A DNA stretch of 64,000 nt from Octopus vulgaris (taxonomy: Eukaryota), in assembly GCA_951406725.2 (NCBI GenBank), contig OX597816.1, positions 180,730,001-180,794,000 on the forward strand. Reading direction: 5' to 3'. Of this stretch, positions 53,569 through 64,000 are shown piece after piece. A model generated the notes under the pieces. That model was not told where the DNA came from. It saw nothing but the letters and a program-made list of their open reading frames with translations, and made no database searches. A program made the translations under genes and the position numbers. How positions within the stretch are numbered: the first letter of the stretch is position 1; the number at the start of each line of letters is the position of its first letter.

Positions 53569-54098
53569 CATATATATATATTTGTGTGTGTGTGTTAAAT
53601 GAAATAAGATAACAAGGCCAAGGCAATTTGATATTCCTAGGGCATTTATAAATAGAAAGGTGGTCTTACAGCTGTTTCAGGGAAATAAATGATATCCTAT
53701 CATCAGAGACGAGTTAAAAGAGCTTCAATAGAAGTAATTAGTAGAGTTCATATTTTTATAAGAAGTTATTCTTATTAGATGTAATGCAGAAAGTATAAAA
53801 TGAAAATATGAAAACAAAAATGTGTTGGCTGCTGTTTAAAGTTGTTCAATTCTCCAAGAAGTGTGTTGTGGAGAATGGGTAAAGAGGTTTCTTGTCCATG
53901 ATGTGTAAAGTCCAATAAGAATTCAAAAGTTGTTATTTCAAATGGATAATGTGCATTTATTAATTTCATGTGTCATTCATTCAAAGGATCTTGTAGTATA
54001 AATGAATTTTTTACAAGACACCTGCCCAAGGTGCCACACAGTGGAAATGAACCCAGATCCATATAGTTGGGAAGCAAGCTTCTTACCACACAGCCACA
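53275..54098 (-). mobile_element. SINE family A interrupted by a Penelope-like fragment (~53595-54012)
   Basis: 3' half at 53275-53490 and head at 54015-54098 flank a hammerhead-bearing insert next to the internal microsatellite. Confidence 0.65.
53663..53710 (-). ncRNA. Type I minimal hammerhead ribozyme (Penelope-type)
   Basis: GUCU-CUGAUGA-stem II(uaggauau..auuucccu)-GAAAC-AGCU-GUA-AGAC. Confidence 0.65.
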
Positions 54099-54224
54099 TG
54101 AAATTTAATTTGTTTTCATTAGTTTTTCATTATTTCGCTTAAAACAATGATGTTCCCAGCTTCACTAACATTTAAAGATCTTCTCAGCCTTACCTCCTGC
54201 ATGAAGTGATGATAGTAGCCCATT

Positions 54225-54371
54225 GTTGCTCCAAAGAAGGCCAGGGAAGGTGAGCCTCAGTTTTGGGATGCAAAGGGCATATCATTTATAGACTATCTTC
54301 AAAAGGGCCACACCATCAATTGTGGGTACTATGCTAACTTGCTGAAGCAGTTACAAAAGTCTATCAAGACA
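54225..54371 (+). mobile_element. mariner fragment (same family as 56340-56520)
   Basis: FWDAKGISFIDYLQKGHTINCGYYANLLKQL. Confidence 0.75.
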
Positions 54372-55035
54372 TGTTTGTAATGGACAGCATGGGCTCACAG
54401 TAAGGATGATGTAACAGTTAAAAATCCTCATTACTGCATTTAGAATTGTTTAATGGTGATCTTCAGTTTATTTTACATGTATTGTTTTGCTTTGTAATAA
54501 AGTTTCCATAGTATTCTACATTTTGGACAGCAGAGGAATTTTATATAAGAGGGCAGTGTTATAAACTGATATTTTTCAAGCTAGTTTTATTTTATGTTCT
54601 CTATTATGTGTTGTAAGAACTCTTTACAAATGCATGCTCCATTGATTAAGAAATTTCATACTTGTGCGTTTGATGTAACAAGGAGTCATGGAATTTACAA
54701 ATTTCATGTTTACATTAAAATTTGCTGCTTTACGTTGATCAGAAATATTGTTATATGCTATAACAATGAGTTTGTGCTTTGGCGTGGTACATGTGTTTAA
54801 TAAACCAGAGTTTATTAGCTTATTTTATTGACATATTCATCTATTTTGTAATAAGAGATCATTTCATTCATGTAGTATACTATATTGGGAGTTTGTGTTT
54901 TTAATAGGTGCTGTAACAGTTTAACCTGTGAAGATGAGTTTGCTCTTGTAGTGTTCTACATATCAAAAGAAATGATGCAAACCTTAGAGTAATGAAACAG
55001 CTTTGTATTTAAATGATTTTACTATTCCTAACTGC

Positions 55036-56921
55036 AGGAGAGTAGGATGAAAAGTTCATAAGATGACCATAAAGGAGTGATGCTAAAGCTGTGAAATTTT
55101 GCATGCGTTAATTTCAATAATTTCAAATAATTTAATAACTGCATTCTTTCTTTCCATGTAAACTGACATCTGACTGATCAAAGGAACTAGTAGTGACTTC
55201 TTTTGAAAACTGACGAAATTATGCATTGTAGTGTTATCAAGTACCTGCAGAAAATGGGTTTAGACTGTAGTAGTTTATTGTCTGCAGCTAAAATAGTTGA
55301 ATGAAATAATCTATGCAAGAAGGTTCAGAAATGTAGAAATAACAGCTAAATAGTGGTTTTTAGTAATGTGGCAAAGAGAAATAGACGGACATAGCAACGG
55401 TGTGAATGGCTCTGAGTCTAATTGACAAAGAAGCAAAGAGCAGGGCAAGCAAACTGTTTTTATTAATGGAACGCTAGACACCCTAGAAACTTCCAAGAGA
55501 AACACGAAGCTTCTTGAATAATTAAGAATTACTTCTCATGAAATATAATCTCCAAGAAACTTACTGAAGGGAGATGAATCTATAACACTTCTTGCAAGAT
55601 TATATTCAGAGCCATTCAAGTTGTTGCTATGTCTATCTATTTCTCTATGCCACATTACTAAAAATCTCTATTTAGCTGTTATTTCTACATTTCTGAACTT
55701 TCTTGCATAGATTATTTCATTCAATTAGTTTCTACATTTTGATTATGTTTCATTGACAACCAGTGACTAAAATATATCTTATGTAATAAATATATAGTTC
55801 CTAAATTTATTCTTCTTCTCTGTAAGGATTCTTCTAATAAGATACATGCAGCATTTCTAAACATATATTCACACTACAAGACCCCGCCAGGACATTCATT
55901 AGGGGATGATACCCCAGCTATGTCATCAGTGCAAAAGTGGGTAGCTGAATTTAGGAGGAGAAGAGAGAGTCTTGAAAATAACCTAAGGTTTAGACACCCT
56001 GCAACTGCCACCACTGACGAAAACATTGATCATGTTCACCACAATCAAATAGTGGATGCTTTTAGCATGTTCTGTGAGAGAGTTGAGAATAATCTGTACA
56101 ACAAACTTAGCATGATGAAGGTTTCTGCTCAGTGGCCGTCACCTCTTCTTGTGACACCTGATCAAAAGTGCACCAGGTCAATCACATCATGAGGAAATCT
56201 GACATTGTTTCAGGCAGATTAAAGAAAACCAGCTGGTTTTCTTTAATGTTTCTTTAACCAGGATAAATGTTGGTTTCATCACTTTGATCCAGAGACAAAA
56301 GAGGTTATCCACACAGGGAAAACACCTCTCTTCACCTGCTCCAAAGAAGCCCAGGGGTCATTTGGTCATTAAATCTGCAGGGAAGGTGATATCCTCAGTT
56401 TTTTGGGGGGATGCAAAAGGCATTGGGTTTATTGACTACTTTCAAAAGGACCACACCATCAGTGGAGGGCACCATGCTAACTTGCTAAAACAATTACAAA
56501 AGGCTCTCATGACCAAACATCCAAGGAAACTGACAAAGGGGCTCTTATTTCATCCGGACAATGCTCCAGCACAAAAGTCCTTGCTTTCAATGGCTGTTGC
56601 TGTGCATGACTGTGTCTTTGAACTGGTTTATCAGCTTCTCTATTATTCTGATTTGGCTCAATCTGATTATTATCTGTTCCTCAACAGGAAAAAACACTTA
56701 GCTGGGAACCAGTATCACAGTGATGATAAAGCCATATCTGCTGTTGATGACGTTTCTGGACCAACAGGATGAAAGGTTCTTCACCAATGAGATCTAAGCA
56801 CTGCATCACTGATAGATGAAGTGTGTGGATTGCCAGGGGAATTATGTTGAAAAATAAACTTCATTCAGTCACATTCAATAAGAGTATCCTGCTCAGTCTA
56901 TGAACTTTTCAGCCAACCTTC
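55036..56921 (+). mobile_element. mariner (DD34D-type) transposon interrupted by a solo LTR
   Basis: TIRs gatgaaaagttcataagatgac / gtctatgaacttttcagcc; motifs SAGKVISSVFW, HPDNAPA, YSDLAQSDYYLF. Confidence 0.85.
55266..55878. mobile_element. Solo LTR (Gypsy-like)
   Basis: TGTAGT...ACTACA termini, 4-bp TSD agac (55262-55265 and 55879-55882), AATAAA near 55785. Confidence 0.75.
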
Positions 56922-56934
56922 ACATTACTGTTTA

Positions 56935-57318
56935 CTCTCTCTCTTTTACTCTTTTACTTGTTTCAGTCATGCTGGAGCACCGCCTTTAGTCGAGCAAATC
57001 GACCCCAAGACTTATTCTTTGTAAGCCTAGTACTTATTCTATCGGTATCTTTTGTCGAACCGCTAAGTTACGGAGATATAAACACACCAGCATCGGTTGT
57101 CAAGCAATGTTGGGGGGACAAACACAGACACACAAACATATATACACACACACATAAATATATATACATATATACGACAGGCTTCTTGCAGTTTCCGTCT
57201 ACCAAATCCACTCACAAGGCTTTGGTCGGCCCAAGGTTATAGTAGGAGACACTTGCCCAAGGTGCCATGCAGTGGGACTGAGCCCGGAACCATGTGGTTC
57301 GTAAGCAAGCTACTTACC
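56935..57318 (-). mobile_element. SINE family A
   Basis: Reverse complement of the consensus. Confidence 0.9.
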
Positions 57319-57956
57319 AGAGTATTATGTACTCTTTCACATAATCATATTCATTCATGTGTAACCATTTTTTGCTTATGTGAATGTAGGTAACATTGTG
57401 TGTGCGTGTGTGTGTGTGTGTGTGTACAGGATGTCCCAGAATTATCTATCTCTTCCAATGAAATCAAGCAAATTTTTAAAAAACTAACAGAATTTTATGT
57501 TTGTTACTTAATTAATGATACCAAAACAAATAGATTTATAAATCTTACGTTAAAACTTTATTGAAGACTAGCAATGCACCCTGGCGTTGTCCAGGTGTTA
57601 TGACCTGTGGCCACATTGTATTATTCATTCCTGGGCAGAATCAGCACACAAGGAGTATGGAGCAAACATCTCTTCTTTATAAACATGTTTTCCACTCTTT
57701 TTGTGATGAACAATGCTGCAGTTCTTGTCGACCAAATTCAGTCACAAGTCTGCGGTTGGCCAAAGGCTATAGTAGAAGACTCATAGTTCCATATTTAGAG
57801 GGACTGAACATGGAACTATGTGGTTGGGAAGCAAACTTCTCAACCACACAGTCATTCTTGCACCTAATGTCTGTGTGTGTTTACATTTGTTGTTAGATCG
57901 AGTATTGTGTCCCACTATATCTCAAAGTTCATCAAGCAGAGATCTATAAAATAAAT

Positions 57957-58066
57957 GGTTGTATACTGTCAATTCAACGTGACAGTAGGGGATTACACCA
58001 CCGCTGTTTAGCCCTAGGAAGCATCGACGCTTCCTGATGGCTTCGACACATTTTTTCCTGTGTCCT

Positions 58067-58102
<36 letters not shown>

Positions 58103-58822
58103 TGTGTACAGTGCTCAGGTGCACTACAACTCATCTAAAGTGTATATATAATCAGGTGTAGTTTCGACGGATTTCGGGAAGCATGAGGGCCTTAAAGGAT
58201 GCAGTGTCATGGCAGTCAACAACTGATGCAGGCAGTTTATTCCACGCTTCAGCAACCCTGAGCGTGAAAAAATGTTTCCGAAAGTCATGGGAGCTGTGCT
58301 GTTTTCTGACTTTGTAGGCATGTCCACGTGTGTTAGACACATGGAGATCAAAAAGGTGTTCAGTGTTGTTGTTGGTGAGGTGGTTGATAACCTTGTGGGT
58401 GATTACCAAGTCCGTCGCTAGACGCCGGAGCTTCAGTGAATCCATGCCCAGGGAAACAAGGCGCTCAGAATATGGTAGGTGTCTGATGGAGGGTATGCGT
58501 TTGGTTGCACGTCTCTGGACAGATTCCAGGAGGTCAATGTTCTGAGCAAGATAGGGATTCCAAACTGATGATGCGAAAAGGGGAGACAAACACCCCCAGC
58601 AGCCGAAGCAGGCTTCTGCTACTCTAGACCGATGATGGACAAAGATCCTGAAACATGCATGTCTAGATGCAGGCCTGGCTGCTGGGGGTGTTTGTCTCCC
58701 CTTCATAAATATATAAGGACACAGGAAACGTGTCAAAGCCATCAGGAAGCGTCGATGCTTCCTAGGGCTAAACAGCGGTGGTGTAATCCCCTACTGTCAC
58801 GTTAAATTGACAGTATACAACC
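57957..58822. mobile_element. Fold-back (palindromic) element interrupted by CR1
   Basis: Outer arms 57957-58070 / 58712-58822 are near-perfect inverted repeats; inner arms ~58579-58605 / 58677-58703. Confidence 0.85.
58071..58577 (-). mobile_element. CR1 LINE 3' end with (ATT)n tail
   Basis: ORF 58152..: SVWNPYLAQNIDLLESVQRRATKRIP...NTRGHAYKV...FFTLRVAEAWNKLP. Confidence 0.9.
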
Positions 58823-60189
58823 CTTCTATCGCCCCACCACCGTACATGTCTCTATGAGATACTCAGAAATTTAATATTTCTGATATAAAATAAATGCCAG
58901 ATTTCAATCTGAGGTCAGTTAAATTTTTGAAGGTGATACACCATCATGGCAACAGTCGGAAAAAAGCCCAGTAAAATAATGTTAAGGACTTAATAGCTTC
59001 AAATTTAAAGTAATAGATTACTAACCACAAGATGGGTTCAAAACTTTGTATTGAACTTTCACTCTATATAATAATACTATATACTACAAATAGCAGCCAA
59101 ATCTCTCTTAAAATACACCCTTTCATCAAAAGAAAGACACAGATTTACAGTAAGAAGAAAAAAAAGTATGTGATGGGTCTGCTACATCAGAGACAACTCT
59201 GGGCTAAACAAACCACAGACAAACATAAAACCTTATAAAGTTGATGGTATATCTTCAAAGTCTCATTCTCTGCTAAAACTCCATGTATTTTAAACATGTA
59301 TTTTAAACTTTGTCTATGACAAAGATTGTTCATGCAGAGTTGCCTCCCTTAGCTAAAGACCGCAAAATTGTGCACCCCAACCATGTTTTTGAGGTTATTT
59401 TTGTAGTAAAAAAGAGGTGTTGTGCAAAAATATACTTTATTTGGTAACCAAAGATTACTGAATCTTTTGATACCTCATACATCAAAATCGGCAACTCAGT
59501 TTTTGAATTAATAAGGAACATATGCATGCGCGTGTGCACGCATGCACACACACACACACACAGAAACACTGTTTTATATATTAAGATTTTCAGCACGTGC
59601 TCTGCCTGTACCCCTGAAAATTTCAGATCTATCCTTAGCATTTCAAAACACATTTTGAAGCATTCCAGGAGTTATCTCCTGCACTACTAATTGAATGCAT
59701 TCTTTAAGGGGATGGAGGTAGGGAAAATGATTGCAGCCAAATTGAAAAAAAGTTGTCATGGACAGATAAGCAGGATCCAACTGGAATGAAAATAAAATTA
59801 TAAAAATAATTATAAAAATTATAAAATAATAAATAAAATTTAAAATTTATACACTTTTAACAAATATTAAACATGGTAAACATAAATGAAAGTGAGTTTT
59901 TAAAAAAATTGTCTGATTTTACTGAAATAAATAGCAAATTCTGAGACACCCCGTATACATATGTAGATATATATATAAATATATCATACAGTGATTATTA
60001 AGGAACGTCATCTTCACACAAGTAATGTCTTTCTTTTTTAGTCTTCCAAGAGAAACATGTGTGGCCATGGGGAAGCATTAGCTTGCCTGGGAAAAGCTGA
60101 GGGTTGACAACAGTGAAGGCATCCAGCCACAGAGAATCTGCCTAAACAAATTCTGTCTACAAGCATGGAAAAGTGGACATTGATGATGA

Positions 60190-60213
60190 TGTATGTGTGT
60201 ATGTATGTGTGTG

Positions 60214-60245
<32 letters not shown>

Positions 60246-60826
60246 TGTATCTATGTATGTATGTGTGTATGTATGTATGTATGTATGTATCTATGTATGT
60301 ATGTGTGTATGTATGTATGTATGTATGTATGTATGTATGTATGTATCTATGTATGTATGTGTGTATGTATGTATGTATGTATGTGTGTATGTATGTATGT
60401 GTGTATGTATGTATGTATGTATGTGTGTATGTATGTATGTATGTATGTATGTGTGTATGTATGTATGTATATATGTATGTATGTATGTATCTATGTATGT
60501 ATGTGTGTATGTATGTATCTATGTATGTATGTGTGTATGTATGTATGTATGTATGTATGTATGTATGTATGTATGTATGTATGTATGTATGTATGTATGT
60601 ATGTATGTATGTATGTATGTATGTATGCGTGTGTGTATGTATGTATGTATGTATGTGTGTATATGTATGTATATATGTATGTATGTATGTATCTATGTAT
60701 GTATGTGTGTATGTATGTATGTATGTATGTATGTATGTATGTGTGTATATGTATGTATATATGTATGTATGTATGTATCTATGTATGTATGTGTGTATGT
60801 ATGTATGTATGTATGTATGTATGTAT
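60190..60826. repeat. (TATG)n microsatellite
   Basis: Directly visible. Confidence 0.98.
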
Positions 60827-61399
60827 ATACAGACACACACACTCACACATACTCACATTCACATTCACACACATGAGCATACACACACCCACTCACATGC
60901 ATACTTAGGTATCTCTGTATGTTCATGGATTAAAATGTCTGTATGCAGCCAGCGATAATACTGAGTGCATTATTACTGTGAGAACCTTTTATAATAAATA
61001 TCTGTCACAAGATAAGTTAAGATGTTCTAGAAAGAAAAATTAATATCCCCACATTGAAGTAGCTGTAAAACTTCCTGTTGGACACTTAGTCATAAAACAA
61101 CAACACTTCTTTAAACTGTCATGAGAAGAGTGAGCAGTTTCCTAAGTGGCCTCTCTCTCTCACACACGGTTACTGTATGTGTCTACTTAGTATTTCCTCT
61201 TGAAAGCCAAGCCAGAGCAAGATAGTCTTTATTATCATTTCAATAAGTGAAGTAGAAAACTTTTAAATAGAATTTTCAGTCCTTTCAACATGAAATGTTT
61301 GTTTTCTGTGTTATTTTATATATTCACTTGTTAGTAAAAATTAACAAACATCGAAGAACAATACGGTTCTAACAAATATTGTTGTAGATGTAACTGTCA

Positions 61400-61715
61400 C
61401 TCCATTGATTACAACAACAAAGGTTCCGGTTAACCCAATCAATGGAGCAGCCTGCTTATGTTAATGTGTAAGTGGCTGAGCGCTCCACAGACATGCATAC
61501 CCTTAATGTGGTTTTTAGGGAGATTCAGCATGCCACAAGATGTGACAAGCCTGGCGATTTTGAATTACAAGTACTTCTCATTTTTGCCAGCTGAGCAGAC
61601 TGGGGCAATGTGAAATAAAGTGTCTTGCTCAAGGACACAATGTGTTACTGAGAATTGAACTCACAACCTTCTGATTGTGAGCCAAATACCCTAACCACTA
61701 AGCCAAGTGCCTTCA
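61400..61715 (-). mobile_element. SINE family D variant (same head, different 3' part)
   Basis: Shares gtgaaataaagtgtcttgctcaag-acacaa with 50300-50340. Confidence 0.7.
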
Positions 61716-61759
61716 ATCTGTTATAGGTTTAGTTGCACACTAATAATAATTGTTGTTAT

Positions 61760-62568
61760 TGTTGTTTATTCTAGGCTAAGCTTCATGAAATAGATTTATG
61801 ATTAAAGACATTCTATCCATGACCATCCTATCTTTCTAGGAGTATACAGGACCACCTTGTTCAGTGTATCATTACCTTTACCTACATGGCAGGTTGTGAT
61901 TTGATTGAGATTTAGTTGTCATTTCTAGCAGGTCAAACAACCACTTGAGGTTCCCTTGTTGGCTTCTTATTGTTGGCATTGCTGATGTTGATAATGACAA
62001 TGATGATGATGATGATGGTATAATGATAATGATAGTGCTGATGATGAACAGTAACAACAACAACTACAGCAACAATAACAATATCAAAAACCTGTTCCAG
62101 CGCCACCACCTATACAGTAGATACTACTGACTCAACAAAGGAGCCTCTACAGGTTTGATTGAACAGCTAGAAACAGCAGCCTAATCTCCACAAATCACAC
62201 TTCTTTGCTGTTATTAAGAGAAGTCACATTTGATAATGTAGTCCTAGATACACAACAGCTGAAACTAAATGGAATCGTCAGCTATTGTCGTTGTTATTCT
62301 TTTAGTTCTAGGTTAAGTCAGATTTACGAGATTGGATTATTTAAATTGTGCCTCTCCTTGTTGATTGGCCTAGGTTAGCCTTAACAGTACAGACCTACGA
62401 TCAAGGCCAATCCAATCATGACCATCCTATTTCTTTTAAGTGACTCTGGGTCTACATTATCTGATGTATCCTTTGATTATTTAAAATGGAAAGGTGTGAT
62501 CTGAGGAGGATTATACTGCTATTTTTAGCTGGTTAAGCTCCCTTATGATGGTGCTCCTTTTGTTTTGT

Positions 62569-62601
<33 letters not shown>

Positions 62602-62800
62602 TTGGTGAATATTGCTGGCAGTTTGGTTGTTTAGTCCCAGATCAGTCATCACCAATCTATCACCAAGATTAACGATATACCAGTTATGTCATATATTCAG
62701 ATTTTATGTAACTAAAACTACATTAGCCGATGTGTCCTTCTTTGGAGTCACTAGGATATAATTTGAAGGGAATTTAGCTGTTACTTCTTGTAGGAAGTTT
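61760..62800. repeat. Cluster of about four copies of an unclassified interspersed repeat
   Basis: Shared motifs catgaccatcctat, cattatcc/tgatgtgtcc, gtgatttgaggaagatttggctgctatt; related copies at ~710-870, 1510-1660, 5080-5380 and 59080-59220. Confidence 0.55.
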
Positions 62801-63303
62801 TGGCACTTCATTGAATAGAGTAGTATAATAGGGTAAACAAGAAGTTCCTGGACATATAATGGATTACAGATGAGTTCTCCACCATCAATTCACCGCAGAG
62901 AAAGTTCACAGCAAGGAAAGTTTACTGAGAAAATATTTCCATAGCAACTCACTATTAATGGTTAAAAACTATTTTATTGAAGAAAAAAAAAAGGTGAATT
63001 GATGATGGTAAACTTTCCGTGCAATGAATCGATGACAGTGGATTTACCTGATATGCATATAATGGCCAGTGTGAAATGGCAGTGCAGCAGAGTATGACAC
63101 AAAGTGTAGGGAAGTGTGACACACAGTATGGTGTTACACAATACAATGTAGTGTGACACTGCAAAGTGTATTGTCACATAGTATTGTGTAAAGCAGTGTT
63201 ATGAAATGAAGTATCAGAAAAGTGTATGAATGAGTATGTATTTATTACAATGTAATGTAGCACACATGGTGATATAGTTTAATGTAGTTCTGATTCTGAC
63301 AAG

Positions 63304-63450
63304 TGAAGGTGCATGGCTCAGTGGTTAGAGCATTGGGCTCACAATCATGAGGTAGTGAGTTCAATCCCCAAACCAGGCTGTGTGTTGTGTTCTTGAGCAA
63401 GACACTTTATTTCACATTGCTCCAGTTCACTCATCTGTATAAATGAGCTC
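63304..63450 (+). mobile_element. SINE family D head
   Basis: tgaaggtgcatggctcagtggttagagc...gagttcaatccc (A/B boxes). Confidence 0.8.
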
Positions 63451-63539
63451 CAGCATTATTTCTGTTAATCATCTCAGAACATAATTAGGGAGGAAATGAT
63501 GCTTAGCCTTTAGCCTCACAGCTTGCCACCTTGGACCAA

Positions 63540-63752
63540 TTTAGGTTTCAAATTTTAGCATGAGGCCAGCAAGTTCAGGGAGGGTTAGATCAATTACAAC
63601 ATCAATTCCAGCGCTCAACCGGTACTTATTTTATTGACCCTGAAAGAATGAGAGGTAAAGTGGGCCTCTGCAGAATTTGAACTCAGAACGATGGAAGAAA
63701 TGCCACAAAGCATTTTGCCCAGCCTACTAACGATTCAGCTGGTTCACTGCCT
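63540..63752 (-). mobile_element. SINE family C
   Basis: gaccctgaaagaatgagaggtaaagtggg...gaatttgaactcagaac. Confidence 0.75.
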
Positions 63753-63875
63753 TATATTTACACCAATATTCGCGACAGTTTTCTGTCCCTCTCTTTACTA
63801 ATAACAAAATAACAGTTTGAATCCAGCATTAGCTTCTTGTAAGCCGAGCATTAGCATGGGTAGAGGCAAGACACT

Positions 63876-64000
63876 AGGCACAGGCATGACTGTGTTGTAA
63901 GAAGTTTGCTTTCTAACCAAATGGTTCTGGGTTTAGTTCCACTATGTGACACCTTGGGCAAGTTTCTTCTAATAGATTCCTAGGCCAACCAATGACTTCT
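63876..64000 (+). mobile_element. SINE family A head (runs off the window)
   Basis: ggcacaggcatgactgtgttgtaagaag...accttgggcaag. Confidence 0.75.

Larger units (their letters stand above)
57427..59953. mobile_element. Old Tc1/mariner-like element with nested insertions
   Basis: ~60-bp diverged TIRs tacaggatgtcccagaatt... / ...aattctgagacaccccgta. Confidence 0.55.

Noticed and set aside
60157-60958. Four 227-261 aa ORFs (MYVC/HTYI repeats)
   Set aside because: (TATG)n microsatellite lacks stop codons.
63304-63380. Possible tRNA gene
   Set aside because: It is the tRNA-derived head of SINE family D, continuing into SINE body.

Overview
Eukaryotic, AT-rich and repeat-saturated genomic DNA, most likely from an octopus or other coleoid cephalopod. 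This is inferred from the recurring tRNA-derived SINE families, RTE-type (GAT)n tails and dense (TA)/(TG)/(TATG)/(ATT) microsatellites. The only host coding sequence I can support is a minus-strand first coding exon (6021-6147) of a PRKX/PKA-C3-like kinase; its later exons are not in the window. A TATA/CCAAT/E-box promoter at ~11.1-11.3 kb probably drives an upstream, uORF-rich first exon on the same strand. The rest is intergenic transposon debris: a Tx1-like LINE, CR1, RTE and HERO-like LINE fragments, DD37D maT, DD34D mariner, pogo-like and Chapaev3-like DNA transposons, piggyBac-like MITEs and a solo LTR. Most notable are (1) a three-level nest in which a Tx1-like LINE with a 15-bp TSD sits in the tRNA-derived head of a SINE inside a MITE, and whose 5' region carries antisense tRNA T-arm motifs; (2) several Penelope-type minimal hammerhead ribozymes, one nearly intact; (3) long fold-back elements, some with hammerhead vestiges at their centres; (4) a 3-kb C-depleted, AT-saturated duplicated block. 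Nearly all long ORFs in the supplied track are microsatellite or SINE artefacts. Repeat coordinates are read by eye and approximate unless a TSD or TIR is quoted.
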